From Octopus vulgaris (Eukaryota), in NCBI GenBank assembly GCA_951406725.2, contig OX597831.1, positions 64,232,001 through 64,296,000 on the forward strand: 64,000 bases of DNA. The letters run 5' to 3'. The first letter of the stretch is position 1, and each line of letters opens with the position of its first letter. Below, piece after piece: positions 11,288-26,480 of the stretch. The notes beneath the pieces were generated by a model, which had not been told where the DNA came from, did not search any database, and saw only the letters and a program-made list of their open reading frames with translations. The translations under genes were made by a program, and so were the position numbers.

Positions 11288-11587
11288 GGTACTACTAGCG
11301 AACAGTGGTCCCGGTGCGCGCACTCGCGCAAGCCAGTCATGACTAGTCGATCCTTACTTTGTGTTTTTGTGTTATTTACTTCGTTTAAAAAATTATTTAC
11401 TTTGTGTTTTTGTGTTTTATTTACTTTGTTTAACAAAAATTATTTACTTCGTGTAAAGAAATGATTTATTTTGTGTTTTATTTACTTTGCTAGGGAGTCG
11501 TTGTAGGATCGACTAGTCACGACTAGCTAGCGCGGATGCGTGACTACGCGTGTGCGCACACTGGGACCACTGTTCGCTAGTAGTACC
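11288..11587. mobile_element. Same-family MITE upstream of FRG1
   Basis: Same TIR; TSD acaaatata/acgaatata; internal array of ttatttactt-type repeats. Confidence 0.9.
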
Positions 11588-12100
11588 ACGAATATATTTA
11601 AATACCTAGATGTTATCTTATTAAAACTTCTGCCAAACCGCTTGAAGATTTTCAAATTTTTACCAGATTATTTTCACAAAATGTAGTACTAATGTCCTTT
11701 CGTTTGACGATGACGAAAATCGCGTTTATTTTTTCCGAGAATTTAATAATAAAGTAACCAGCATTTGAAATTATGTCGTTTTAACAAATCGAAGCTTCGA
11801 TTGCCGAATATATACCTTATGGGAACAGCTCACACGCAACCTTCTCGACCTGCTAGAAATAACAGCCAAATCTTCCTTAAACTTTGCCATAAAGTCTACA
11901 AAATCAAAAAGGCCACGTTGTGCCACAACACTGTCTATTTCCTTCTTTGAGACAAGCTCAAGTAATTTCCATTTGTGAAGTATTAATAACATACAAATTA
12001 AAGTCAGTCTCCTTTTATCGACCCTTCGAACACTCACTAGGGCTCACTTTCTTTCCTTATGGTAAAATTGTTTTACAAACTTTGAAGGTGGAGAAAGAAT

Positions 12101-12555
12101 ACCTATTTCTTTACTACCCACAAGGGGCTAAACACAGAGGGGACAAACAAGGACAGACAAACGGATTAAGTCGAGTATACCGACCCCGAAAGGATGAAAG
12201 GCAAAATCGGCCTCGGCGGAATTTGAACTCAGAACGTAAAGACAGACGAAATACGCTGAGCATTTCGCCCGGCGTGCTAACGTTTCTGCCAGCTCGCCAC
12301 CTTTAGGTGGAGAAAGAATACATATTTCTTTATTACTTACAAGGGACTAAAACACAGAGGGGACAAACAAGGACAGACAAACGGATTAAGTCGATTATAT
12401 CGACCCAGTGCATAGCTGGTACTTATTTAATCGACCCCGAAAGGATGAAAGGCAAAGTCGACCTCAGCGGAATTTGAACTCAGAACGTAGCGGCAGACGA
12501 AATACCGCAAAGCATTTCGCCCCGTGTGCTAACGATTCTGCCAGCTCGCCGCCTT
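12101..12555 (-). mobile_element. Two Nin-like SINEs separated and flanked by the same 17-mer AGGTGGAGAAAGAATAC
   Basis: The 17-mer occurs at ~12086, ~12305 and ~12557. Confidence 0.85.
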
Positions 12556-13057
12556 TAGGTGGAGAAAGAATACCGTCATCATCATCATCATCAACACTAC
12601 ACTTCAAACAATAGCATCATTCTTTTCTTTTATCATTAGGTCGCGGCAATGCTGAGGCACCGCCTTGAGGAATTTTAGGCGAATGAATCGACTCCGGTAC
12701 TTAAAGCCTGGTACTTATTCAATCAGTGTCGTTCACCAAACCGCTAAATTACGGGGATGTAAACACACCAACACTGGTTATCAAGCGGTGGAGGGAGGGA
12801 CAAATACAGATACACTCCCACACACATTTATACAACGTCGTTCTTTCAGTTTCCGTCAGCCAAATCTACTTACAAGGTTTTTTGGTCGGCCCAAGGCCAT
12901 ACTAGAAGACACTTGCCCAAGGTGCCACGCACATGGTTGGGAAGCAAGCTTATTACCACGCAGCCATTGGTTACCAATTCTTTCTCCTCCACCACCACTG
13001 CCAAGCATTTTTCTTTTAAACTTCGTTTCCAGTTCTATTATAAGAAATGAAAAAGAA

Positions 13058-13223
13058 CTGAGTGGCTGTGTGCTAAGTAGCTTGCTTACGAACCGCATGG
13101 TTCCGGGTTCAGTCCCACTTCGTGGCACCTTGGGCAAGTGTCTTCTACTATAGCCTCGGGTCGACAAAAGCTTTGCGAGTGGATTTGGTAGGCGGAAACT
13201 GAAAGAAGCCTGTCGTATATATG

Positions 13224-13278
<55 letters not shown>

Positions 13279-13478
13279 CTGTGTATGTCCCCCCAACATC
13301 GCTTGACGACCGATGCTGGTGTGTTTACGTCCCCGTAACTTTGCAGTTCGGCAAAAGAGACCGATAGAATAAGTACTAGGATTACAAAGAATAAGTCCTG
13401 GGGCGGGGTGATTTTCTCGACTAAATGCGGTGCTCCAGCATGGCTGCAGTCAAATGACTGAAAGAAGTAAAAGAGAGA
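13058..13478 (+). mobile_element. tRNA-derived CORE-like SINE with internal (TA)(TG) tract and GTAAAAGA tail. Other copies: + at 15729-16117, 16122-16520, 50497-50925, 54473-54870, 61217-61633, 63026-63340, 63815-64000; - at 12620-12970, 17675-18440, 39990-40305, 49140-49430, 58420-58712
   Basis: A-box TGGCTGTGTGG, B-box GGTTCAGTCCC, CORE-like CACCTTGGGCAAGTG, tandem GTAAAAGA tail; more than 12 copies in the window. Confidence 0.88.
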
Positions 13479-14278
13479 GCAACATTTAACATCAGTCTGT
13501 GGGATCCAATGTTATTTTAAGAGACATGAGTTCGATAAAAAGATACGTCTGGAAAGATTGACTTAAATTTAGATCTGGCACAATATATTATGTATTTTGT
13601 TTTAGTTTCTGTTTTTTTTTTTCTTTTAGACATTGTGGTGTAGTTAAAGGGATACATTAGAACTACATTTTTTGAAAATGTTCTGGTGAGAATTTAAAAA
13701 CTTCAAAAGGTTGGAAGAAATTTAACAAAGTCCCAAGATGAGACTCTACATGACTTGCTCAGTCTGCTGAAAATATCACCCAAATTCTCTCAAATCATGC
13801 TTATTTCTTTACTACCCACGCAGAGGGGACAAACAAGGACAGACAAACAGATTAAGTCGATTATATCGATCCCAATGTTTCACTGATACTTATTTAATCA
13901 ACCCCGAAAGGATGAAAGGCAAATTCAACCTCAGCGGAATCTGAACTCAGAACGTAGCTGCAGACGAAATACCTATTTCTTTACTACCCACAAGGGGCTA
14001 AACACAGAGGGGACAAACGGATTAAGTCGATTAGATCGACCCCAGTGTTTCACTGGTACTTATTTAATGACCCCGAAACGATGAAAGGCAAATTCGACCT
14101 CGGCAGAATTTGAACTCAGAACGTAGCCGCAGACGAAATACCGCTCAGCAATTCGCCCGGCATGTTAACATTTCTGCCAGCTCGCCACCGTCATCTTAAA
14201 AGAAAGAGAGACACTATTAATAGACCAAATATATTCCAAGATCATCACAGTGTGGTGAACAAAAGATTAAGTTCGCAG

Positions 14279-14857
14279 AAGCACGACCTTCGAACTTTAG
14301 GTCTCACCGAGGAAATGACTAGAGACCAAGACCTTTGGAAGTATGCTGTGCGTGGGAAGACCCGGCAGGACAAGTGAGGCCATAACCCGTGGTATCTACC
14401 TGGGATGTAGCCAGCCCACTTGTGTATTCCTTTCCTTCTTGGGACACAAAACTCTACTTGTGAAGACCTGTTGAGGCAAGTGAAAACCAAAATCGTAATC
14501 GATCAACATCAATGGAATTCGTAGCTGTGATACCAGTGCCAGTGACACATAAAAGAACCATCCAAACGTGGCCGTAGCCAGCGCCGCCCTGACTGGCCTC
14601 CATGCCGGTGGCACGTAAAAAGCACCATCCGATCGTGGCCGTTTGCCAGCCTCATCTGGCACCTGTGCCTGTTGCATGTAAAAAGCACCCACTACACTCA
14701 CAGAGTGGTTGGCGTTAGGAAGGGCATCCAGCTGTAGAAGCACTGCCAGATCAAACTGGGCCTGATGCAGCCTTCTGGCTTCCCAGACCCCAGTTGAACC
14801 ATCCAACCCATGCTAGCATGGAAAGCGGACGTTAAACGATGATGATGATGATGATGT
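14279..14857 (+). mobile_element. RTE-clade LINE 3' end with 3' UTR and (GAT)n tail. Tail-only or SINE-tail copies at 5667-5887, 8715-8815, 46833-47013, 47405-47686, 55060-55390, 55600-55740, 62615-62941
   Basis: Encodes KHDLRTLGLTEEMTRDQDLWKYAV-stop, an RTE C-terminus; shared tail CCAACCCATGCTAGCATGGAAAGCGGACGTTAAAC(GAT)n. Confidence 0.8.
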
Positions 14858-16833
14858 AATCACAACCTAGGTTCAACCACTAATTCAATAAGCAGTTCAA
14901 ACAACTAAAAATTTATGGTAGGAAATTCTGTGAGATCTTTACGGGATCTTTTCGGTTTGAACGGCAGTTTTTTCTAGCGGTGTCATATGAAATTGTCACC
15001 CATAATTATGGCCCTAGTATTGATCTATTGCATTTCAATCTGTTTTAGGGTTAGGGTTAGAGTTAGGGTTAGAGGGAAGGGTATCTTTTTTCTTCACAAA
15101 TGTAAATAAACCCAATCTGTTTCTTAAACGAGGGACATATTCATTCGGTACAGAATGTTTTCACCTCAATAGATGTCATTGATTGGTTGAAATTGCAGAA
15201 ATTGAAGGAAAAAAACAACAAATATCTTACAAACTATAGAATTTTCTCAATAAAGCCAAGAGAAAAAGATGTTTTATAAACACATTCTACCAGTATACGA
15301 AGTTTAAAAGTGTTTAGTTACGTGGAAATTATTTTAAAAAACTACCTGTCAACCGAAAAGATCCTCTTTATGTCCATTTAACTTAGTGGTTCAGCTAAAG
15401 AGAGTGATAGAATATATACCAGGCTTAAAGAAAAAAAATAAGTAGTGGGGTTGATCCATTTGACTAAAATTCCTCATGGCAGTACCCCAGCATGGCCACA
15501 GTCTAATGACTAAAACAACTAAAACATGGAAGATAAAAGAAAACACAGCAATACACAAATTCTGGATGAGAAGTCACCAAGATACTCTCATGGAAATGTG
15601 ACCAAACGAGGTTTTATTTTTAAACATAGTCCCTCTTGCACTCCACACACTTCTTCCTTTGGTGCTGGCAATGCTTGAATCCCATTGAAGAAGCTCTCAT
15701 CCTGTTATTCCAAAAGAGTCATCAACAGTAGGCGTAGGAGTGGCTGTGTGGTAAGTAGCTTGCTAACCAACCACATGGTTCCGGGTTCAGTCCCACTGCG
15801 TGGCATCTTGGGCAAGCGTCTTCTGCTATAGCCCCGGGCTGACCAAAGCCTTGTGAGTGGATTTGGTAGACGGAAACTGAAAGAAGCCTGTCGTATATAT
15901 GTATATATATATATTTGTGTGTCTGTGTTTGTCCCCCTAGCATTGCTCGACAACCGATGCTGGTGTGTTTACGTCCCCGTCACTTAGCGGTTCAGCAAAA
16001 GAGACCGATAGAATAAGTACTGGGCTTACAAAGAATAAGTCCCGGGGTCGAGTTGCTTGATTAAAGGCGGTGCTCCAACATGGCTGCTGTCTGAAACAAG
16101 TAAAAGAGTAAAGAGTAACAGCAGGCATAGGAGTGGCTGTGTGGTAAGTAGCTTCCTAACGAACCACATGGCTCCGGGTTCAGTCCCACAAACCTTGGGC
16201 AAGTGTCTTCTGCTATAGCCTCGGGCCAACCAAAGCCTTGTGAGTGGATATGATAGATGGAAACTGAAAGAAGCCCGTCATATATATGTATGTATGTATA
16301 TATATGTTTGTGTGTCTGTGTTTGTTCCCCCCCCCCCCCCAGCATCACTTGACAACCGATGCTGGTGTGTTTAGGTCCCCGTAACTTAGCAGTTCTGCAA
16401 AAGAGACCGATAGAATAAATACTAGGCTTACAAAGAATAAGTCCTGGGGTCGATTTGCTCGACTAAAGGCGGTGCTTCAGCATGGCCACAGTCAAATGAC
16501 TGAAACAAGTAAAAGAGTAGATATGATGTCATCATTGAGATACTGATTCCCAGCCAAATGCTCTTTCATATCAGAGGAACAGGTGATAATCAAATGAAGC
16601 TAAATCTGGAAAATAGTGAGGGTGATTAACCAGTTCAAAGTCCCACTTACACACAGCAACCATTGAAACCAAACTCTTGTAAAATTATCATTATTAAGCC
16701 AGAGTTTGGGATATAGATTCATATGAAAATTTTTATTTAATTATTTAGAGTGCTCTCAAGCAGGCTAGTATCAGAAGAGTTACATAAATGGTTGATCATT
16801 ATAATGAAGCTCTTGGATTAGATAGAAGCTTAA

Positions 16834-17050
16834 CCCATTCGTTACCAACCCGGCTGAAACTGGCTCTGGCTCTCAGTACAAATGTCTTTTTGTAAGTTCT
16901 GAATCAAAATCTTCCACCAAACCTTAGTCACAATTTATGTTCCAAACACTAGTTTAATGATAACTAAGTTATTTTACTAAATTCTTTGTTGTATTTAAAG
17001 TTATTGAAAGAAACACAGAACATCTCAAAATAAATACAGTAACGAAAGGG
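16834..17050. mobile_element. piggyBac-like TTAA MITE family 1. Other copies at 32251-32472, 48022-48464, 51826-52046
   Basis: TTAA|CCC...GGG|TTAA termini with shared internal sequence. Confidence 0.88.
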
Positions 17051-17929
17051 TTAATCACTGTTAATCACTTGAGTGATCAAATTTCAATCCATCTTAAGAG
17101 TGATCTCAGTGTTCTGGTAAGCTGTACATAATAAAATAAGCAAACTTGTAAATGAATTTAGTAGATGAAAACTGAGAGAATCCCATCATATATATGTATG
17201 AAGGAGCAAGAATTCCTGAAATATGCATATACATCCACCTCCTATTTTTCCATCTTCAATTGCATTTATTATATTAGATGTATTTGGGTACAAAACATCA
17301 TAACAAATCAGTGCTTGCTGGATATAATTTTTATTAAAAAATCTGTAGAAATAACCTTAAAAAATGATATGTATATATGTGTGTGTTTGTGTGTAGCCTT
17401 GTTTTGACTTTACATAGAGATTGTAAATGAGCATCACCATGCCATCATATAAGTGATAATGTTCATTTCTGGCCTTCCATGGAGAGACAAGTCTGGTCAT
17501 GGAGAAATATTACCTTCTTGGGAACAGCTGGTGGCTGACAACAGGAAGGGCATCTGACCATAAAAACCTACCTCAGCAAATTTTGTCTAACCCATACAAA
17601 CACAGAAAAGTGGACATTAAATAATGATGATGATGATGATTTCAATCAGCAGTCATAACACACCTTTTTTTTTTATGTTTCAGTCAGTTGACTGCAGCCA
17701 TGCTGGAGCACCGCCTTTAGTCGAAGAAATCAACCCCAGGATTTATTCTTTGTAAGCCTAATACTTATTCTGTCAATGTCTTTTTGCTGAACTGTTAAGT
17801 TATGGGGCCATAAACACACCAACATTGGTTGTCAAGTGATAGTGGGGGAACAAACACAAAAACATACATACATACATATATACCTATATATACATATATA
17901 CACATATGCATATACATATATATATACAC

Positions 17930-17976
<47 letters not shown>

Positions 17977-18229
17977 TATATATACACACACACACATATA
18001 TATACACACACACACATATATATACACACACACACATATATATATATACACACACACACATATATATACACACACACACATATATATATACACACACACA
18101 CATATATACACACACACATATATATACACACACACACACATATATACACACACACACACATATATATATACACACACACACATATATATACACACACACA
18201 CATATATATACACACACACACATATATAT

Positions 18230-18291
<62 letters not shown>

Positions 18292-18587
18292 GACAGGCTT
18301 CTTTCTTCTATTTACCAGATCACAAGGCTTTGGTCAGCCCAAGGCTATAGAAGACACTTGCCTAAGGTGCTGTGCAGAGGGACTGAACCCAGAACCATGT
18401 AGTTGGGAAGCAAGCTTCTTACCAAAGAGCCACTCCAGCATCTCTATAAAATAGAGACATTCTGCCAATGTACGAAACTGTTATTAGAATTACCATGCAC
18501 TGAAAACCCTCAAAGAGCAAAAAAATTATATTTTTCTTCATCTTTTTCCTGTAGGGTGAACTAAACATAACAATATATATAAAGATA

Positions 18588-18986
18588 CTAGCAGTATCGC
18601 CCGGCGTTGCTCAGGTTTGTAAGGGAAATAACTATATAAGCAGTTTTAGAGAGTTATAGCCAAAAAATAGCAAAAAAATGCATTAAAAATGGGAAAAAAA
18701 TTATGCTAAATTTTTTTTTTTAATTATTGACTCATCGTAGACATTTTTAGAGAGTTACTTCCCTTATATAATAGCGAAAAAATGCATTAAAATGGAAAAA
18801 AATGATGGTAAATTTTTTTTAAATCAGACTCATCGTAGACGCGTGCTAATACCCAGAAGGGCTCGATATGAATCATGACTATAAGATACCCGGTTTTGGT
18901 TAAACTGCACCGCAAAATGTGGGAGTAGTTAGGAATCTAAATCATAGGAGACAGACAGCACACAACCTCACTTTTATATATAAAGA
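18588..18986 (-). mobile_element. Non-autonomous Helitron
   Basis: Minus strand starts TCTTTATATATAAA, ends with a GC hairpin plus CTAG, inserted between A and T. Confidence 0.8.
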
Positions 18987-19436
18987 TATATACACAAAAA
19001 TATAAAACATTGAATTCAATTTACTTCATTTCCAGCATGTTCCGTCGAGGCATTGTAGAGAATTATATATCTAAACAAAAACTAAATTAAATTAAATTAA
19101 ATTAAAAAACAACAAGCCAAAAAAATTGAAATCTTTCTTTTATTATAAATATTTTGAGAATTATCAGCAACAGCAGCACCGTGTGACTGTTAGCTGTGTA
19201 ATAGTCAATAGACTAAGTGCCTCAGTAAGGTAAGGCTAACTGAGTCCTGCTTTATATCTCAGCATATAGAAGTCTCTTTTGTACAGGATTGTGTTTCTGT
19301 ATCAGTAAGTGTAAAATTTAAGGTGACTGTATAACAGTTAGTGTCACTGTTTGTGATTGAGTTGGGGGGGAGGGGCTGGGAAGTAGGTGGTCGTATGAAT
19401 ATATATGTTCCCATGCATATAAATTTAAAGGACATA

Positions 19437-19467
<31 letters not shown>

Positions 19468-19777
19468 TATTATTATAGGTATCTGTATGGGTCTATGGTG
19501 TATTTTACAGATGTATTTTAAAAGGCAGTGTAAATGTGTGCATGTAGATGTATGCATGTGTGAATGCGCGTGTGTGTGTGTGTGTGTGTAATAATAAGTG
19601 AGTGTTTAATAACTATGAATATGTATAAGCGTGTGAGAGTGTGTGGAGGTAAAGGTATGGGGGGAGAAGGCCAACTGAGATCAGGCTCTAATTTCTTAAT
19701 TCTTTACCTTTGTCCAACCCGTGTGGTAAATTTTTCACCTCTGATTAAAGAAAAAAATAAATAAAACTGATTTAATT

Positions 19778-19843
19778 TTTGATGCAGGTTGTAATAATGA
19801 CTTCATCTCATTTGATGCAGGTTGTAATAATGACCTCACCTCG
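19778..19843 (+). repeat. 33 bp tandem duplication
   Basis: tttgatgcaggttgtaataatgac(t/c)tca(t/c)ctc occurs twice. Confidence 0.85.
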
Positions 19844-20079
19844 TTTTTATCTCCAACAAAAATAGCGTTGCACTTTGCTTAAAGTAAACTGGTCGTTCAC
19901 TCAATTCGAAACCAATTTTTACAAGCAACAACAGGGAGAAATCTGTAACAATCTTTGTATATAATGAAAGTTAGTGAGTTAGAAAGAGAGGGGGAGGGAA
20001 AGAGAAAGAGAGAGAGAGAGAGAGAGATAATAGCCAAACTATTTTCCATCACAAAACACCAACAAATACACAATATGAT

Positions 20080-21860
<1,781 letters not shown>

Positions 21861-24800
21861 CAGAAAAATACAAGAAGGAGCAGGGGTTTTTTGTTTGTTT
21901 TTTTTGTTTGTTTGTTTTTTTTTGTTGTTTTTTTTTTAAAGTTTTTTTTTTTAAGTACAGTGAAACTGACTTCCCCTCTCATGGAGAGAAGTGTCAGATA
22001 TAAGCGGAAATAAAGCTAAAACAATGTACATACAGTGTCGATTTCCAAATCTGAAAGAACAAAGTAAAATATATTGTTTCCAAGGTGATTCTGATAGAGA
22101 AGAATTCGGTAGTGTCTCTACTTTATTAAAAGGATTATGGGTTTTGGGGAATGGCCAGGAATACAGATGTCACAATGGTTAAGGGTGGAAGATGGAGTGA
22201 CAAACAAAAAAAAAAAAAAAAAAAAAAAAAAGGAAAATGAACAATGCAACATTAAGGTTTAGTACCATTCACAATGTCATTTCGGGTAAATCCATGTTTA
22301 AGAAACCTCACAGACTATTCAGGAGTATATGTTTAAAATGTTCTTTTGTATTAAACAGATTATTGAATTAAATTCAATGAATCTGCAAAGAAATTTTCTT
22401 TGTAATAGTGCTAGCCTAATTGTGCATAAATTAGAGAAGAGAAAGAGAGAATTTCTCTGTATTTATTTGATATTATATGATGTGGCAGAAAAGCATAACA
22501 ACTGTTAAAAGTTGGAAAAAGAGAATAAGCTCTCTAAATTTTTTAAGTCTCTATATCCTATTTATCGTGGATGTATTGTAAGAACGTTGTAATACTGTGG
22601 TATCTGTCCAGAGAAAGCATCTCACGGACATTTAATGCTTAGAAAAGAGGAGAAATAACAGCAGCGGACAAGAAATAGAATTATTTTTCGTATCGGCAAT
22701 AAATAGCAAAAACAATATTAGTCCAAATCAAGAAGATCAAACCAGTCTAACAATGGGATTGACAAACACTATTTCTTAGTGTCAACTTAATATCACTCCC
22801 TACGGAAAAGAAAAGGGGTTGAAAACCAGCAACCCCTTCAGTTTGTTCTTATACAAACTATTCAACAGAATGAGTGAATCTCTTGTTTTTGTGTCTGTCA
22901 TTTCCTGTATAAGGAACTACTGGAAACTGGAGGACTTCCTTGATGGTAATTCTAAAATATTTTGGTAAAACAGATACAATACAAGATGCTATACCGAATT
23001 ATAGCATTATAACAACTCAAACATAGCAAAGTTTGAAGTTCTAATCTCGCAAACACAATATCATAAGACTTTAACTACCCAACTACAATGCATTCATCAA
23101 AGGTGCCACTACACGGTTGCTTGACCTGCTAGAAATAGCAGCCAAATTCCCTTAAATCCCACACCATCAAGCTGACAGCTATGACTACACCGAATGATGC
23201 AGCATTGGATGGATGGATGGATGTACAATGCTTGAATAAAAGGAATGGTCATGGCTGAAACACTTTCGATCATAAGTCTACTTAATCAGGGCTGACCTAG
23301 GGCTAAACAACAAAGACTATTTATATGATAACGTGTGAAATAAAAGTGCTATGTCAATATCTAACAACATGGAAGACTTTTAAAATATATCTTTGCATGC
23401 AGTCCTTGAGTCACATACTTCCACAAAACTGACTTCAGCAAAAGGATTTCAGGGGATTTATGAATAACATCAGGGAAACCAAGAGAAGACCAGGAAAACC
23501 AAAAGGATCAGAAAACATTTTTTGCTACAGGGAACAGCTATTTCCCCAAGAAATACAAAGCACATCTATCGAAAGTTACTCAGACTTTGGACAGATCAAA
23601 GTCATGTAATTTTTCTAGCAATATATTTTTACAAAATTTGTACAGTTATACAAGATTAACTGTGAATGAACAATATGCATCTTAATTGGCCATAAACTTA
23701 GCTGGCAATATATTTTCAAAGTTTCTAGCTAGTGTTCTCTTAGATTTGAATCCCAAAAGAGAGGAATTAAAGTAAGCATTAAAGAAACTTTACTCCCTTT
23801 TGAAACCAGGACTGCCCTTGGTTCTTTGATACAAACTCCCAGCTTCAAAATGATCTCAACTGAAAACATCAATCAAAATCAAATTTTAATTTGCAACTTA
23901 AAAATGACTAAGCTGTTTTACTAAATTCTTTATGTTCAAAATTACTTGAAATGAAGGCAGTGTTTCAATAGAAATTTGATAACAAAAGGGTTAAAGATGA
24001 AAACCTTGTGATATTTTCATAAGTAGAAAAGTTAAATCTAAGATTTATAGAATCCGGAAGATTAGAAGCATGGTTAATTTTTAAACATAGCAACTTTTAC
24101 TGAATAAACTACTGGTTTATTCCAGTCTAGAGTATGTAAAAGTGTTTCTTTTAAAAGAGAGAAATGGGATAGTGAGTTTCTGAGATGCGTCCCTCATTCA
24201 TTGGGAAGAAACATGAAGCTGAAGAACACAAAATGGTAAGATCATACATATATTTGGATACACACACACATAACATAGGAAATCCCCGAACCTGCAGTAT
24301 GGAATTATTGGTTACACACATGTACATGCATGCACACACACACACACACACAATGGGAAATGAAGATATGCAGATATGTTTTTATTTTTTGTTTGCATTT
24401 TTGTTTTATTTTTTAGGTTTTTTTTTTTTTTTTTGCGAGGGAGGGATAGCAAATGCCTAGTTAAAATACTCTTGAAGAACACTTCAATATTCATTGGTTC
24501 CAAGCGTCCAGATATCCAGCAATAACAGTTTTACATAAAGAATGTTTGAAGTTTAAACAAGAAATTCTACTCTAGCTTTAACACAAACACCAAAAACAAT
24601 AGCTAAATGTCTTAATCTGCAGAAACAAAACATAACAATCACTGAACAGTTCTATTGTTATTCTCGCATTTTAGTTTTGAAATCTCTTTTAATAATAAAA
24701 GTTTTTTTATATAAAAATGTTGCACTTTTCACTTCCTGTCAACAGGTTTATAAAATATTGAACTTATTTTCCATGTTGATTTCTTTTTTTGGATGTTTTC

Positions 24801-26154
24801 GGTTCGAACGGCAGTTTTTAACATAATTTCTAGGTAACTAAAAAATTTTAAACTTCGTATACTGGTAGAATGTGTTTATAAAACATCTTTTTCTCTTGGC
24901 TTTATTGAGAAAATTTATAGTTTGTAAGATATTTGTTGTGTTTTTTTCTTCAATTTCTGCAATTTCAACCAATCACTGACGTCTATTGAGGTAAAAAAAA
25001 ACATTCTGTGCCATATGAATATGTCCCTCGTTTAAGAAACAGATTGGGTTTATTTACATTTGTGAAGAAAAAAATACCCTTCCTCCACCCCTAACCCTAA
25101 CCCTAAAGAGATTGAAATGCAATAGATCGATACTAGGGTCATAATTATGGGTGACAATTTCATATGACACCACTAGAAAAAACTGCCGTTCAAACCGAAA
25201 AGATCCCTTTTTAAAATTTCTATTATATCATATGAATTCTAAGCAAGGATGTCACTCATTTTAGAGAATAAGTATCTTAAGATTTTTTTTTTTTATTTTT
25301 GTTCTTTTCTTAATGGGTGAGGTGAAAGAAGAAAAAAAAACAATAGCAGGGTTTCTGAAAGAATGTTCCAACACTTTGTTTTCACAAAACAGCTTTAAAA
25401 TATTTACTTGATAATGAGAGATGAGATTTAATAAAACTAGCAAGAGGTAGAATTCAAAAAATAGTTTAGTGAGCAACATCTATGAGAATTAACAAAGTAT
25501 TAAACTCTTTTGCTTGGAAGAATGCTAATGCAACTAATCTGGTTTGTATCTTACTTTTCTGGAGTTCTAAAACCATTATCAACAGAAAACCACTTTTGAA
25601 GATGACTAAATCAGCAGCAATTTAATCAAAAACACGCATACACCAATATTTCAAAATGGTAAGAATTTGAAATTGCTAGATTACTATATTAGAAACACAT
25701 TTTATATGTATGGATGGTTTAATTAATAATTGTAGGTGTATATGTGCACATATATTTCTTTACTACCCACAAGGGGACAAACAAGGACAGACAAAGGGGT
25801 TAAGTCGATTAGATCGACCCCAGTGCGTAACAGGTACTTCATTTATCGACCCCGAAAGGATGAAAGGCAAAGTCGACCTCGTCGGAATTTGAACTCAGAA
25901 CGTAACGACACGAAATACCGCAAAGCATTTCGCCCGGTGTGCTAACGATTCTGCCAGCTCACCGCATATGTGCACATAAATGTGGCCATAAAAGTCAAAT
26001 ATTGTTTTCAAAATTACACTATTAACTTGTATGCAGATTGCAGTGCCGAATAATCCAATAAGGTAAGTACAACTGCATGCATACATAACAAATACTCTAC
26101 TGGTTCCAACAATGAGTATTCTAGTCATTCAATCAACTGAACTACCAGTTCAAT

Positions 26155-26480
26155 GAACTTACACTCGCCTCCTTATGAGAGCTCAAAATCTCTCGTGGAA
26201 GCGTCATCCAACCAAAGTACAAATATATGGGAAACTACCACCTGTATCATCTCTTGTGAAAGGTAGAAGAGTCCAGTTTGCTGGACATTGTTGTAGAGCT
26301 GAAAACGAGGCAATTTCTACTCTTCTCCTCTGGAAGCCATCTACTCGCAACACCATGTAATTTCCAGGGATACAGGCATCCAGCAACAGGACCTCCGTAA
26401 TGCTATGATGGACTGTGAGGTCTGGCGTAGCACAGTAAATTCCATTGTCTCGACCACGGTCAAACAATGATGATGATGAT
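26155..26480 (+). mobile_element. RTE-like LINE 3' fragment; inverted copy at 38580-38848
   Basis: Encodes TRLLMRAQNLSWKRHPTK...RRVQFAGHCCR...LLLWKP and ends in (GAT)n. Confidence 0.75.

Noticed and set aside
9802-11587. FRG1 captured and moved as a Pack-type composite transposon
   Set aside because: Each MITE has its own TSD and the outer flanks differ (tcaaataca versus acgaatata), so they inserted independently.
12086-12573. CRISPR-like repeat-spacer pattern (also 62628-62770)
   Set aside because: The spacers are SINE copies or identical units, the DNA is eukaryotic, and there are no cas genes.
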